From a virus, in the IMG/VR virus record IMGVR_UViG_3300042508_000428: 64,000 nt of DNA. One strand, 5' to 3'. The notes under the pieces were generated by a model. The model searched no databases and was not told where the DNA came from. It saw nothing but the letters and a program-made list of their open reading frames with translations. Positions 48,981 to 56,775 of this stretch are shown here, piece by piece. The position numbers and the translations under genes were made by a program. The stretch's first letter is position 1; every line of letters begins with the position of its first letter.

Positions 48981-49360
48981 GCATTTTAATTGAAAACATC
49001 AAGTTTATTTCGCCATACACTCGGGATGTATTAAAGTCTCATTATCCAGAGTTCTGTAAGGCAGATCTATTTGAAGAGTTGGAAAAGATTTGTAGAGAAG
49101 CGGTTATGTCGAGATACAATCGTGTTAATTTTGCTCAACAAGAGGCAAAGGAAAGAATGCCTTCTGCTGAAAATGTAATCTTCCGCATTGAGCATTATTA
49201 CGAATACTCCTTGATCAAGGGTTCCAAGATGCGATTTACCAAGAAGGAACTTGATCAGGCGATGGAAACCCTGAATCCAGAAGAACAAGAAAAGGTTCTT
49301 AAGTGGATGAATGATAATGGCGGGTTTGACAAGTATATTCATGTAGGGTACAATGCCTAA
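48977..49360 (+). CDS. Hypothetical protein
   Basis: ATGA-coupled to the previous ORF. Confidence 0.55.
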   Translation: MSILIENIKFISPYTRDVLKSHYPEFCKADLFEELEKICREAVMSRYNRVNFAQQEAKERMPSAENVIFRIEHYYEYSLIKGSKMRFTKKELDQAMETLNPEEQEKVLKWMNDNGGFDKYIHVGYNA

Positions 49361-49703
49361 GCTGATGGACACAGAGCAGTTGGAGAAGATTAGAAAAGAG
49401 TTTGAAGATGCCCGTATTGCTTACGACAATGCCTCAGAAACTCTTTGGAACTCTTTACCCTACGACGATCAGTTGAAAGTGTTTCACGCGGTTGTAAAGC
49501 GAATTTGTAAGGCTGAAATCGAAGAACGAGGCTCATACCGATATGCTTTATACGATGTGTTCGGTTTCGAATCAGATGCTTATGTAATTGGAATGGACTG
49601 CGGTTATTTGGATCTTCATAATGCTCTTTATGACGCAGGGGTTTACGCCAAACTGAAAAAGGAAGGAAAGCTTCCAGAGGATAAGAAAGATGTTGGACTT
49701 TAA
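49353..49703 (+). CDS. Hypothetical protein
   Basis: Coupled ORF. Confidence 0.55.
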   Translation: MPKLMDTEQLEKIRKEFEDARIAYDNASETLWNSLPYDDQLKVFHAVVKRICKAEIEERGSYRYALYDVFGFESDAYVIGMDCGYLDLHNALYDAGVYAKLKKEGKLPEDKKDVGL

Positions 49704-49974
49704 GGTAAGAGAACTGGTTTCAAGACTCGAAGCAGAAACTGATGGTATTCTTGTAACTTGTGTTGAAAATCGTAAGTGGGATCGTAAAGCAAAAAAGTAT
49801 AATCAGGAAACTGATTGGCGAGTAACCGCTGAGTTTATTGATGATTCGAATTATTCCAGCATTGATCTTTGTGTTGCCTCAGAAGAAGAAGCAAGAGCGG
49901 TTGCTTCAAATGCTGTTGCTTTCCTAAAAACAATGCGACCAGTTCTATTAATTGAGAAAGAAGATAAAGAATAG
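49690..49974 (+). CDS. Hypothetical protein
   Basis: Coupled ORF. Confidence 0.55.
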   Translation: MLDFKVRELVSRLEAETDGILVTCVENRKWDRKAKKYNQETDWRVTAEFIDDSNYSSIDLCVASEEEARAVASNAVAFLKTMRPVLLIEKEDKE

Positions 49975-49977
49975 TGT

Positions 49978-50012
49978 TTGACAAGCGAACGGAGACACGC
50001 TATACTGTCTCC
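49978..50012 (+). promoter_or_regulatory. Sigma70-type promoter of tRNA-Ile
   Basis: TTGACA 49978, N17, TATACT 50001. Hairpin ggagaca/tgtctcc spans the -10. Confidence 0.7.
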
Positions 50013-50018
50013 AACAAC

Positions 50019-50096
50019 GCGCCTGTGGCACGACTGGTTAATGGCATTCGTCTTATAAGCGATGGTATGTTGGTTCAAATCCAACCGGGCGCACCA
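50019..50096 (+). tRNA. tRNA-Ile(TAT)
   Basis: GCGCCTG/CGGGCGC acceptor, loop CTTATAA, T-arm GTTGG-TTCAAAT-CCAAC, CCA encoded. The anticodon stem is imperfect. Confidence 0.8.
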
Positions 50097-50296
50097 GATC
50101 TATAATAAGTAATTCTTCTAGTGTAAGAAAGGATAAAATAATTAACCAGGTCGTGTAGTACTTAAATAACCCTGTCAAAGGGGACAGATGCTACAACCTT
50201 TAGGGGGAAGTGGTCCCGAAGCAAAAAGAACAGGCACATTAGTTCCGTAGAATACGAAATATGGTCAATTCGTGTGCTGAACTCTTATTATAGATC
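50097..50296 (+). ncRNA. Candidate 200-nt structured RNA between tRNA-Ile and tRNA-Ser
   Basis: 13-bp terminal inverted repeat, several internal stems and no ORF. Confidence 0.5.
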
Positions 50297-50301
50297 AATC
50301 T

Positions 50302-50392
50302 GGAAACATACCCAAGAGGCTGAAGGGGGCGGTTTGCTAAACCGCTAGGGGGCGAAAGTCCCGCACAGGTTCAAATCCTGTTGTTTCCGCCA
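50302..50392 (+). tRNA. tRNA-Ser(GCT)
   Basis: GGAAACA/TGTTTCC, loop TTGCTAA, long variable arm, CCA encoded. Confidence 0.93.
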
Positions 50393-50403
50393 AGGAGAAG
50401 GAA

Positions 50404-51237
50404 ATGAGAAAAATATTTACATCTTTAATATTATCGCTGGGCTTGGTTGCTTCGAGAGCAGATGCTCTTTCAATCGAAGATAAGATTTATAAGCCGACAG
50501 CGGAAGATGTAAAGAAGGCAGACAAGAGTTTTGCTCTGCCGATTTGGACAAAGGTTGCAATCATCAAAGGTAATGACGAATTAGATCCCCGTCACGCGAA
50601 TAAAGTGAGAGCAACCTTTCTCGCTCATCATGAGAACAAAGATGCCAAAAAGCATTATGTTGTCATTTGGAATCATGGAATGAATGGTTTCAGAAACTTC
50701 TCCTCCAATACTTATCCATTCCTAAAATGGTTATATGAAAACAAAAAGAGTTTCACTTGGATTGCTCCAGAACTTCCTTGGAGCAAGAATGTAAACGGAA
50801 TTGATGGAAGAACATCTTGGAGCAAAAAAGATAGTTTCAAGATATTTGTTAAATCAGCGATGGATGCAACTCCACTTATGACAACTGGTATTCAGCCGAA
50901 TAAAGAACTTGTCTTTGTCGTTGCTGGACATTCTCGTGGAGGCAAGTCAATTCGTGATGCTGCTAAACATGGTGGACTCTGTGATATTTTACCAAACTGG
51001 GTTCTCTGGTCTGATTCTAGTTATAGCAAATGGTTAGATACAGCTTGGGATGCTTGCTTGGGGAATAGCCCTGTTCGTATGGAAGTATTCTACATGAGGG
51101 GAACTGAAACTCAGGCATCAGCAAAAAGAATGCAAGCAAAAGGAAATCCACTTGTTGAATTTTACCCCTTGACTTCCCCTTGGTATCATGGTAAGATTGG
51201 ATCATCAGTGATAATGATGTCAGAGGCTTTTAGATGA
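50404..51237 (+). CDS. Secreted alpha/beta-hydrolase-like protein
   Basis: Signal-peptide-like N-terminus, WNHG and nucleophile elbow GHSRGG. Confidence 0.65.
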   Translation: MRKIFTSLILSLGLVASRADALSIEDKIYKPTAEDVKKADKSFALPIWTKVAIIKGNDELDPRHANKVRATFLAHHENKDAKKHYVVIWNHGMNGFRNFSSNTYPFLKWLYENKKSFTWIAPELPWSKNVNGIDGRTSWSKKDSFKIFVKSAMDATPLMTTGIQPNKELVFVVAGHSRGGKSIRDAAKHGGLCDILPNWVLWSDSSYSKWLDTAWDACLGNSPVRMEVFYMRGTETQASAKRMQAKGNPLVEFYPLTSPWYHGKIGSSVIMMSEAFR

Positions 51238-51449
51238 AGAATCCATTTACACAACATCCACAATCAGTAGGCGAAACATATATTGAACACTTGCTGATTG
51301 CTTGGAAAGGAACTTACAGGCTTGGTGTTTCAGCAATAATCTTCTTCTTTCACGCAGTCTTTCCATTCCTTCCAATCCCAAAACCTTTCGACTTGACTTC
51401 TACATCGGATTGGCTAAACTCTATTAGGAACAACAGGGAGAAGAAATGA
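51234..51449 (+). CDS. DUF6356-like small protein
   Basis: FTQHPQSVGETYIEH...FFHAVFPFL. Confidence 0.65.
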   Translation: MKNPFTQHPQSVGETYIEHLLIAWKGTYRLGVSAIIFFFHAVFPFLPIPKPFDLTSTSDWLNSIRNNREKK

Positions 51450-51589
51450 TTACCTTTTTTTATGGTTTCGGTTTTGCCTTTCTTCTTTTCGCGATCCTAG
51501 CGGGTCTTACAAAAGACAAAGAGGCTTTGGCAGATCGTAAACCAATTTATCTTTCTAACAAAAAGAAGAATGTAAACAGGAGAGTATAG
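51446..51589 (+). CDS. 47-aa membrane peptide (not in ORF track)
   Basis: ATGA-coupled, with an N-terminal hydrophobic helix. Confidence 0.45.
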   Translation: MITFFYGFGFAFLLFAILAGLTKDKEALADRKPIYLSNKKKNVNRRV

Positions 51590-51590
51590 A

Positions 51591-52547
51591 ATGAATTTAA
51601 AGATGATTGATCTATTTGCTGGAACTGGAGCCTTTTCTTTGGCATTTGAGTCAACAAAAAAAGTTGACGTTGTTTTTGCAAATGACATGGAAAAAACTTC
51701 AAAGCAAATTTATGATCTTAACTTTAATCACAAACTAACTCTTGCAGATATTGATAAGTTTGATGTTAATCTAATCCCTTCTCATGACATTCTGACAGGT
51801 GGCTTTCCGTGCCAACCTTTCAGTATCGCTGGCAAACAACAAGGATTTTCTGATAAAAGATCAAACGTTTTCTGGAAAATCCTTGAGATTATCGACAAGC
51901 ACTCTCCATCTTGTATTGTTCTAGAGAACGTTAAAAATCTAACTTCTCATGATGGTGGTAATACTTTCTCCGTTATCAAATCAAATCTTGTAAACAGAGG
52001 TTATCATCTTCATTACAAAGTGTTGAATACCTCAGAAATTACACAAGTTCCACAGAATAGAGAGAGAATTTACATTGTTGGGTTTAAGCAAAAAGAAATG
52101 GCTGACAAGTTCAATCTTGATTTTCCATCTCAAACAAACCTGAAAATTGGTTCTCTATTGGAAACAAGCGTTCTAGGTAAGTATTATTATGGAAACAATG
52201 TTAAAATCTATGGGAAACTAGTCTCAGATGTTGTTAAAAAAGATGTGATCTATCAATACCGTAGATATTATGTCAGAGAAAACAAGAGTAATGTATGTCC
52301 AACATTAACTTATAACATGGGTAGTGGCGGACATAATGTTCCAATCTTGCTTGATTCAAACGGGATTAGAAAACTCACTCCAAAAGAGTGTTTTAATTTC
52401 CAAGGCTTTCCACAAACATATATTGTTCCATCAAATATTTCTGACAGTGGACTTTACAAACTAGCTGGAAATGCTGTATCATACCCAGTAGTAGAACTAA
52501 TCGCAAACAGAATCGTTGGTCTTTATGAAGAAACAAATGACGCATAG
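51591..52547 (+). CDS. DNA (cytosine-5) methyltransferase
   Basis: DLFAGTG, GGFPCQPFS, LENVKNL, PQNRERIYIVG, KLAGNAV. Confidence 0.95.
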   Translation: MNLKMIDLFAGTGAFSLAFESTKKVDVVFANDMEKTSKQIYDLNFNHKLTLADIDKFDVNLIPSHDILTGGFPCQPFSIAGKQQGFSDKRSNVFWKILEIIDKHSPSCIVLENVKNLTSHDGGNTFSVIKSNLVNRGYHLHYKVLNTSEITQVPQNRERIYIVGFKQKEMADKFNLDFPSQTNLKIGSLLETSVLGKYYYGNNVKIYGKLVSDVVKKDVIYQYRRYYVRENKSNVCPTLTYNMGSGGHNVPILLDSNGIRKLTPKECFNFQGFPQTYIVPSNISDSGLYKLAGNAVSYPVVELIANRIVGLYEETNDA

Positions 52548-52555
52548 AGGATAAA

Positions 52556-52918
52556 ATGGCAACTAGATCTTATATCGGAAAAGTTAATCAAGATCAAACT
52601 ATCAGCGCTATTTATTGTCATTGGGATGGTTATCCTTCTCACAATGGAAAAATCCTTCTTCAGAATTATGAAACAGATGATAAAGTTGATTCGTTGCTTT
52701 CGAAAGGAGATCTCTCTGTTTTAGGAGAAACAATAGATACTTGCTCATTCTATCAAGATGGATCTATCGGAGAATACAGCAATATTGATTTGTTTTTTGA
52801 TAGAGGCAAGAATTGTTGGATAGAATATTATTACCTATACGACAATGGATATTGGAAATGTTTTGATTATGATTGTGAACCAATCTCTATCGTAGAGGCA
52901 ATTAAAGAGGCAGGTTGA
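52556..52918 (+). CDS. Conserved phage hypothetical protein
   Basis: MATRSYIG...IYCHWDGYP pattern. Confidence 0.65.
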   Translation: MATRSYIGKVNQDQTISAIYCHWDGYPSHNGKILLQNYETDDKVDSLLSKGDLSVLGETIDTCSFYQDGSIGEYSNIDLFFDRGKNCWIEYYYLYDNGYWKCFDYDCEPISIVEAIKEAG

Positions 52919-52946
52919 CAGGAACCTCCAGCTAGTGTAGACTAGC
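52915..52946 (+). promoter_or_regulatory. Sigma70-type promoter of tRNA-Leu
   Basis: TTGACA 52915, N17, TAGACT 52938. Confidence 0.7.
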
Positions 52947-52951
52947 ATCAT

Positions 52952-53035
52952 GCTCTTGTGGCGGAACAGGTAGACGCAGCAGACTTAAAATCTGCCAACT
53001 ATTTAGTTATGTGAGTTCGAGTCTCACCGGGAGCA
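52952..53035 (+). tRNA. tRNA-Leu(TAA)
   Basis: GCTCTTG/CGGGAGC, loop CTTAAAA, long variable arm, CCA not encoded. Confidence 0.92.
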
Positions 53036-53052
53036 CTAAAAAGAGGTGAGTT

Positions 53053-53253
53053 ATGAAAGCAGTAGAATTCGTTTTTGACGGCAAAGACTACTACATTCTA
53101 TCTCACCGAGAACTCGGAATGAGCATTTTCGAAGGTAATGCTAGATTTCTTTGGTTTAAACAAGCAATGAATATCAAAGAAGTTCGTATGGTTTCAAAAA
53201 GTTTGTTTGAGATCTTAAAAAATAAACACGGATCTCGTATAGTAAAAGAATGA
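53053..53253 (+). CDS. Hypothetical protein
   Basis: GAGGTG SD. Confidence 0.55.
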   Translation: MKAVEFVFDGKDYYILSHRELGMSIFEGNARFLWFKQAMNIKEVRMVSKSLFEILKNKHGSRIVKE

Positions 53254-53380
53254 AAGTAATTAAACTAAAAATTGATTATTTTCCAGAACCAAGAGATTGG
53301 ATAAGAAAAACTTGGATATATTCTAATGGTAATAAGAGAAAAACTTGTAAGGTAAAATTTAGAGAAGTAGATTTAGATAT

Positions 53381-53456
53381 GCCGTCGTAGCTCAGTTGGT
53401 AGAGCATCTGATTTGTAATCAGGCGGTCAGGGGTTCGACTCCCTTCGACGGCACCA
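53381..53456 (+). tRNA. tRNA-Thr(TGT)
   Basis: GCCGTCG/CGACGGC, loop TTTGTAA, CCA encoded. Confidence 0.95.
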
Positions 53457-53621
53457 ATCCAGAAGTAGCCGAAAGATTGGTTAAAATCACTTTGAATGAT
53501 TGGATTGAATAGGATCCTGACCGTTAGGTAGGTTAAAGAAGGCTCAACCAGTGAGATTAGTTTTTAACAACATCAATATATGGTCCCTGTAACAAAATAA
53601 CTCTTAACCGCAATCCTGGAT
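53457..53621 (+). ncRNA. Candidate structured RNA, element A
   Basis: Closing stem atccag/ctggat, AAGTAG inside the 5' arm, gattggttaa pairing with ttaaccgcaatc, no ORF. Confidence 0.45.
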
Positions 53622-53625
53622 AACC

Positions 53626-53767
53626 AACAAACACTGGAAGTAGAAAGCTTGCATTAGTTTAAAGTGGTAAATTCCCGGATTGCCGGGCGATGTAGGTTCA
53701 AATCCTACATGTTAAAAAGATTCAGGGTATCATGGAACTTGATAATTCCGAAATCCCAGTGTTTGTT
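53626..53767 (+). ncRNA. Candidate structured RNA, element B, containing a tRNA-like domain without an anticodon loop
   Basis: 12-bp closing stem aacaaacactgg/ccagtgtttgtt. Inside: D-arm-like stem, CCCGG-ATTG-CCGGG and canonical T-arm GTAGG-TTCAAAT-CCTAC. No CCA. Confidence 0.6.
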
Positions 53768-53811
53768 CCCTTCTGTTATACTATTTATTATATAATGGGA
53801 GGGATCTATGA

Positions 53812-54285
53812 ATGTTAAACCTATTAGCACAAGTTGACTTAGCAAATCATGTTTCTAGCGCCGTATCAAACGGCGAAATCGACATAAACCAATTGGCGCA
53901 CCTAAGTGGAGGCAATCCTATGATGATTGTTGCACTAGGTGCTATTGCCGTTTTGGGCGGTAAAAAAGTTTGGGATTGGCTCAAACAACGACAAGAACAA
54001 CAACACGAACAAAAGATGGCTGAAATTGAAGCATCAAAGGTTTCTGTTGGAACGGGACACGAACAATGTGTCGCCAAACAACAAGAACTAGAATCACAAG
54101 TTTCAGGGTTAAAAGGAAAAATCTCTGATATTGAATCAAAAGCAACAACGGCAGAAAAGAAAGCAGAAGAAATCAAAGTCTCCAATCAAGAAACACTTGA
54201 ATCAATTGAAGATGCCGTAAAGAAAGTAAAGAAGAAAGTTAAAAAACTTGAGGAGCAGGTAGAATCAACCAAGAAGGGGAAATAA
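53812..54285 (+). CDS. Membrane-anchored coiled-coil protein
   Basis: TM segment MMIVALGAIAVLGG, long coiled coil, ACTATTTA upstream. Confidence 0.6.
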   Translation: MLNLLAQVDLANHVSSAVSNGEIDINQLAHLSGGNPMMIVALGAIAVLGGKKVWDWLKQRQEQQHEQKMAEIEASKVSVGTGHEQCVAKQQELESQVSGLKGKISDIESKATTAEKKAEEIKVSNQETLESIEDAVKKVKKKVKKLEEQVESTKKGK

Positions 54286-54288
54286 GAA

Positions 54289-55053
54289 TTGGATGAAACT
54301 CTCTTGCCAAAAGAAGCAACCTCTGCTACACTTACCAAAGATAAACAAGGAACCGCTTGTGTTGTCAAATCTGGTGAGAAAGTTGAGATATTATCATCGG
54401 GCAAATACAGAATGCCTGATGGTTCAATCATAAGCGACATATCGGATTGCGATTTACAAAGTGGATCTCAGTTGGTTTATAGAGAAGAAGAACCAAAGGA
54501 GGAAAAATTGATCGCTATTAAAAGAGAGAAACCAAAACCAAAGATTCATAAAACTGAAACTGCTGTCGTATTACCCACCGACACCACACCACCCATACAC
54601 GACCCCACCATACCTACAATACCTGTGGTGGAATCTACCCTTATTCCTCCAACAACAGGTAGAGATATAAACCCAGTTAACTCTGGTGTAATTGATCCAA
54701 TCGTTGCTGGAGCAATCGCAACCGCTGCTATTGCCTCTGTTGTTTCTTCCGTAGCATCTTCATCGACAAAAGCAAGAAGAGCAAAGAAAATGGAAAATTC
54801 ACAAAGATCGCAAGACTCACAGAAGCGGGAGCAGAAGGAAAAGGAAGAGCAGACCAAATGCAATTCCAAATCTGATGGTGTTAAGTCCTCAATCGCTATG
54901 ACAGAAGAGATTGTAAATACCAGTCCAGCAAATAGAATTGAGATCAAGGAAGATAGAGAGTTTAATAAGAGAGTTAAAGTTCTTAATGCTGAGATTATGA
55001 AACTTAATAAAGATATTAGATCAATAGAAGAAAGTCTTTCAAAGAAGAAATGA
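54289..55053 (+). CDS. Hypothetical protein with central hydrophobic helix
   Basis: Pro/Thr linker, IVAGAIATAAIASVVSSVA, C-terminal coiled coil. Confidence 0.55.
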   Translation: MDETLLPKEATSATLTKDKQGTACVVKSGEKVEILSSGKYRMPDGSIISDISDCDLQSGSQLVYREEEPKEEKLIAIKREKPKPKIHKTETAVVLPTDTTPPIHDPTIPTIPVVESTLIPPTTGRDINPVNSGVIDPIVAGAIATAAIASVVSSVASSSTKARRAKKMENSQRSQDSQKREQKEKEEQTKCNSKSDGVKSSIAMTEEIVNTSPANRIEIKEDREFNKRVKVLNAEIMKLNKDIRSIEESLSKKK

Positions 55054-55082
55054 AAACAAACTAAAGAAGATTATTCGCCCAC

Positions 55083-55135
55083 TTGACACAAAAACCCTCC
55101 TCTGCTATAGTTAGGTATATAGAGAGGAGGGTTTT
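55083..55135 (+). promoter_or_regulatory. Sigma70-type promoter with SD-sequestering hairpin
   Basis: TTGACA 55083, N17, TATAGT 55106. aaaaccctcctct (55091-103) pairs with agaggagggtttt (55123-135). Confidence 0.72.
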
Positions 55136-55138
55136 GCT

Positions 55139-55342
55139 ATGCTTGTCGTATGTAAAAAGTGTAAAGTCGAACACGATTCGAGAGACATTAACTCCAACGG
55201 ATTTTGTGTTTGGTGTGAACAGAGAGAATCTGTTGAGATGGTTAGGTTTCAGCAGGATCAAAAGTATTTCTATAACTACTTTCATAAACAATTTGACTGG
55301 AAATCTCTGCCTTGCTATGCTAAGGGTATGAGAACGAGGTAG
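55139..55342 (+). CDS. Small zinc-finger-like hypothetical protein
   Basis: CKKC...CVWC. Confidence 0.55.
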   Translation: MLVVCKKCKVEHDSRDINSNGFCVWCEQRESVEMVRFQQDQKYFYNYFHKQFDWKSLPCYAKGMRTR

Positions 55343-55344
55343 AT

Positions 55345-55599
55345 ATGAGCAAATATTACTGGTCTACAAAGTCATCGGTAAAGCACAATCTTGGCACCAA
55401 CATTTCTAATTTGGAATCGTTGTTCTGCCAAGAATCTGAAAGAATGTTGTCAACTGATTTGATTGAGGTGGAAGGTCCGAATATGATTTCGTGTCCTCCA
55501 CATTTTATCAAGCTCATTCATGCCCTTAAGTTGTTAAGGGAAGTTGAGAATTCAATTGACAATGGCGAGTTCTTTTCTCTGGAAGAGAAGTCTGATTAA
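55345..55599 (+). CDS. Hypothetical protein
   Basis: GAGG SD. Confidence 0.55.
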   Translation: MSKYYWSTKSSVKHNLGTNISNLESLFCQESERMLSTDLIEVEGPNMISCPPHFIKLIHALKLLREVENSIDNGEFFSLEEKSD

Positions 55600-55608
55600 A
55601 CAATTAAC

Positions 55609-55967
55609 GGGTCTGAAATGGTATCGATCGGGTAGAGTTTTATGATTATGCAGGACGATGGGGAGCGAGGCATCGTAAAAACGCTTAAATGTTTAATTGC
55701 CAACGACAACGTTGCTTTTGATTACGCCGTAGCGGCTTAAATCACGGAGTCTCCAAACACTCTGTAAAATAAGTTTGGATAGGTTGGAATCTTATCGAAA
55801 ACAAGATTCATCGGCTTTTCTAACTGGTTTTGCCCTGAATAAATCAGTATGAAGTCCCTGTAACCCAGGTGTTTTGTCAAGGGTAGGTTGGGTGCTTGAC
55901 TATTCCTGTGAATGAGTAATCATAAAAACTATGTGAGACGCGGGTTCGACTCCCGCCAGATCCACCA
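55609..55967 (+). ncRNA. ssrA: tmRNA, tag reading frame (A)ANDNVAFDYAVAA* at 55699-55740
   Basis: Acceptor GGGTCTG/CAGATCC with G3:U70, 3' T-arm GCGGG-TTCGACT-CCCGC and ACCA end, 359 nt, ANDN...AA tag. Confidence 0.95.
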
Positions 55968-55980
55968 AGCGGAGAATAAA

Positions 55981-56382
55981 ATGCCTTATATCAGATTGAC
56001 AACTTATACTGCGAAAGAGTTGAGAGAAAAGTTGTTGGAAGTTGTTCATGAGATTAGTCTTGCGAATGAAGATGAAATCTATTCTGGTTCTCTTGACTTC
56101 TCATCGACAGATGAAGTTAGAGGCAGTATCGCTTATGATATGGAGATGCATTATGATTTCTCTGTTAGTGAAAAAGAACTACGAGAGAACTTGGAATTTG
56201 TTCCTCCCCATGTGATTCATACATACAATACTTATCCAGAAGATTGTGCTAGAGATAATGATCGTTATTGGGAAATTGTAAATGATATGAAACAGGATAT
56301 ATTTTCTGATGATATTTCACCTTTCTTCCCAAAGAAGGATGAACCAAGCGAGGAAAAAGATGAACCAAAGGAAGGCGATTAG
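55981..56382 (+). CDS. Hypothetical protein
   Basis: GGAG before ATG 55981. The ORF-track N-terminal extension lies inside the tmRNA. Confidence 0.55.
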   Translation: MPYIRLTTYTAKELREKLLEVVHEISLANEDEIYSGSLDFSSTDEVRGSIAYDMEMHYDFSVSEKELRENLEFVPPHVIHTYNTYPEDCARDNDRYWEIVNDMKQDIFSDDISPFFPKKDEPSEEKDEPKEGD

Positions 56383-56632
56383 AATTGTTAATTCCAAGAA
56401 CTTTATTTGGATGGAAGGTATGCTCGCCTACATTCCTGTTGAGGATGAATGGCATCCCATTCGTCTAACTCCTCCACTTGTGGATAATTGGAATTCTAAA
56501 CAAATTAAAAACTGCTTGCCAGATATTGACGACCCTGCTACTATTGGGTGTCTGCTTGTGCTGGCAGGAGAAGAAATTGATCTTGATAAGATCGAAGAAA
56601 TGTTGGAACCAGAATCGGATATGATTGCTTAA
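56360..56632 (+). CDS. Hypothetical protein
   Basis: PDIDDPATIGCLL motif. Confidence 0.5.
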   Translation: MNQRKAIRIVNSKNFIWMEGMLAYIPVEDEWHPIRLTPPLVDNWNSKQIKNCLPDIDDPATIGCLLVLAGEEIDLDKIEEMLEPESDMIA

Positions 56633-56775
56633 CAATGAAAGTTTATCATCTTAAAGTTGAAATAGACAATACATATATTCCCTCTCGTTCTTCTTGTAAG
56701 TATATGCTTTATTACAACTGGCTGACTGACGGGAAAATCTGGAAAACTAAAGCAGTCGCAGTTATTGGATGAAAA

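Noticed and set aside
52999-53005. CTATTTA inside tRNA-Leu
   Set aside because: It lies in the variable arm and is most likely coincidental, so it was not counted as a late promoter.
53250-53390. 46-aa ORF running into tRNA-Thr
   Set aside because: It is possible by ATGA coupling but has no motif and overlaps the tRNA 5' end, so support is too weak to list as a feature.
53626-53767. YrlA/Y RNA call for the tRNA mimic
   Set aside because: As I recall it, YrlA has a permuted T-then-D arm order and a Ro60 partner gene. Here the order is canonical D-anticodon-T and no Ro60 gene is recognisable.
53457-53767. Known small ribozymes (hammerhead, HDV-like/theta)
   Set aside because: I could not place the CUGANGA/GAAA core or a nested double pseudoknot by eye. 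This needs a covariance-model search to exclude formally.
55912-55980. N-terminal extension of ORF 55912-56382
   Set aside because: It overlaps the tmRNA 3' end, and a better start with SD is at 55981. ORF 47113 likewise overlaps tRNA-Ser and really starts at 47179.
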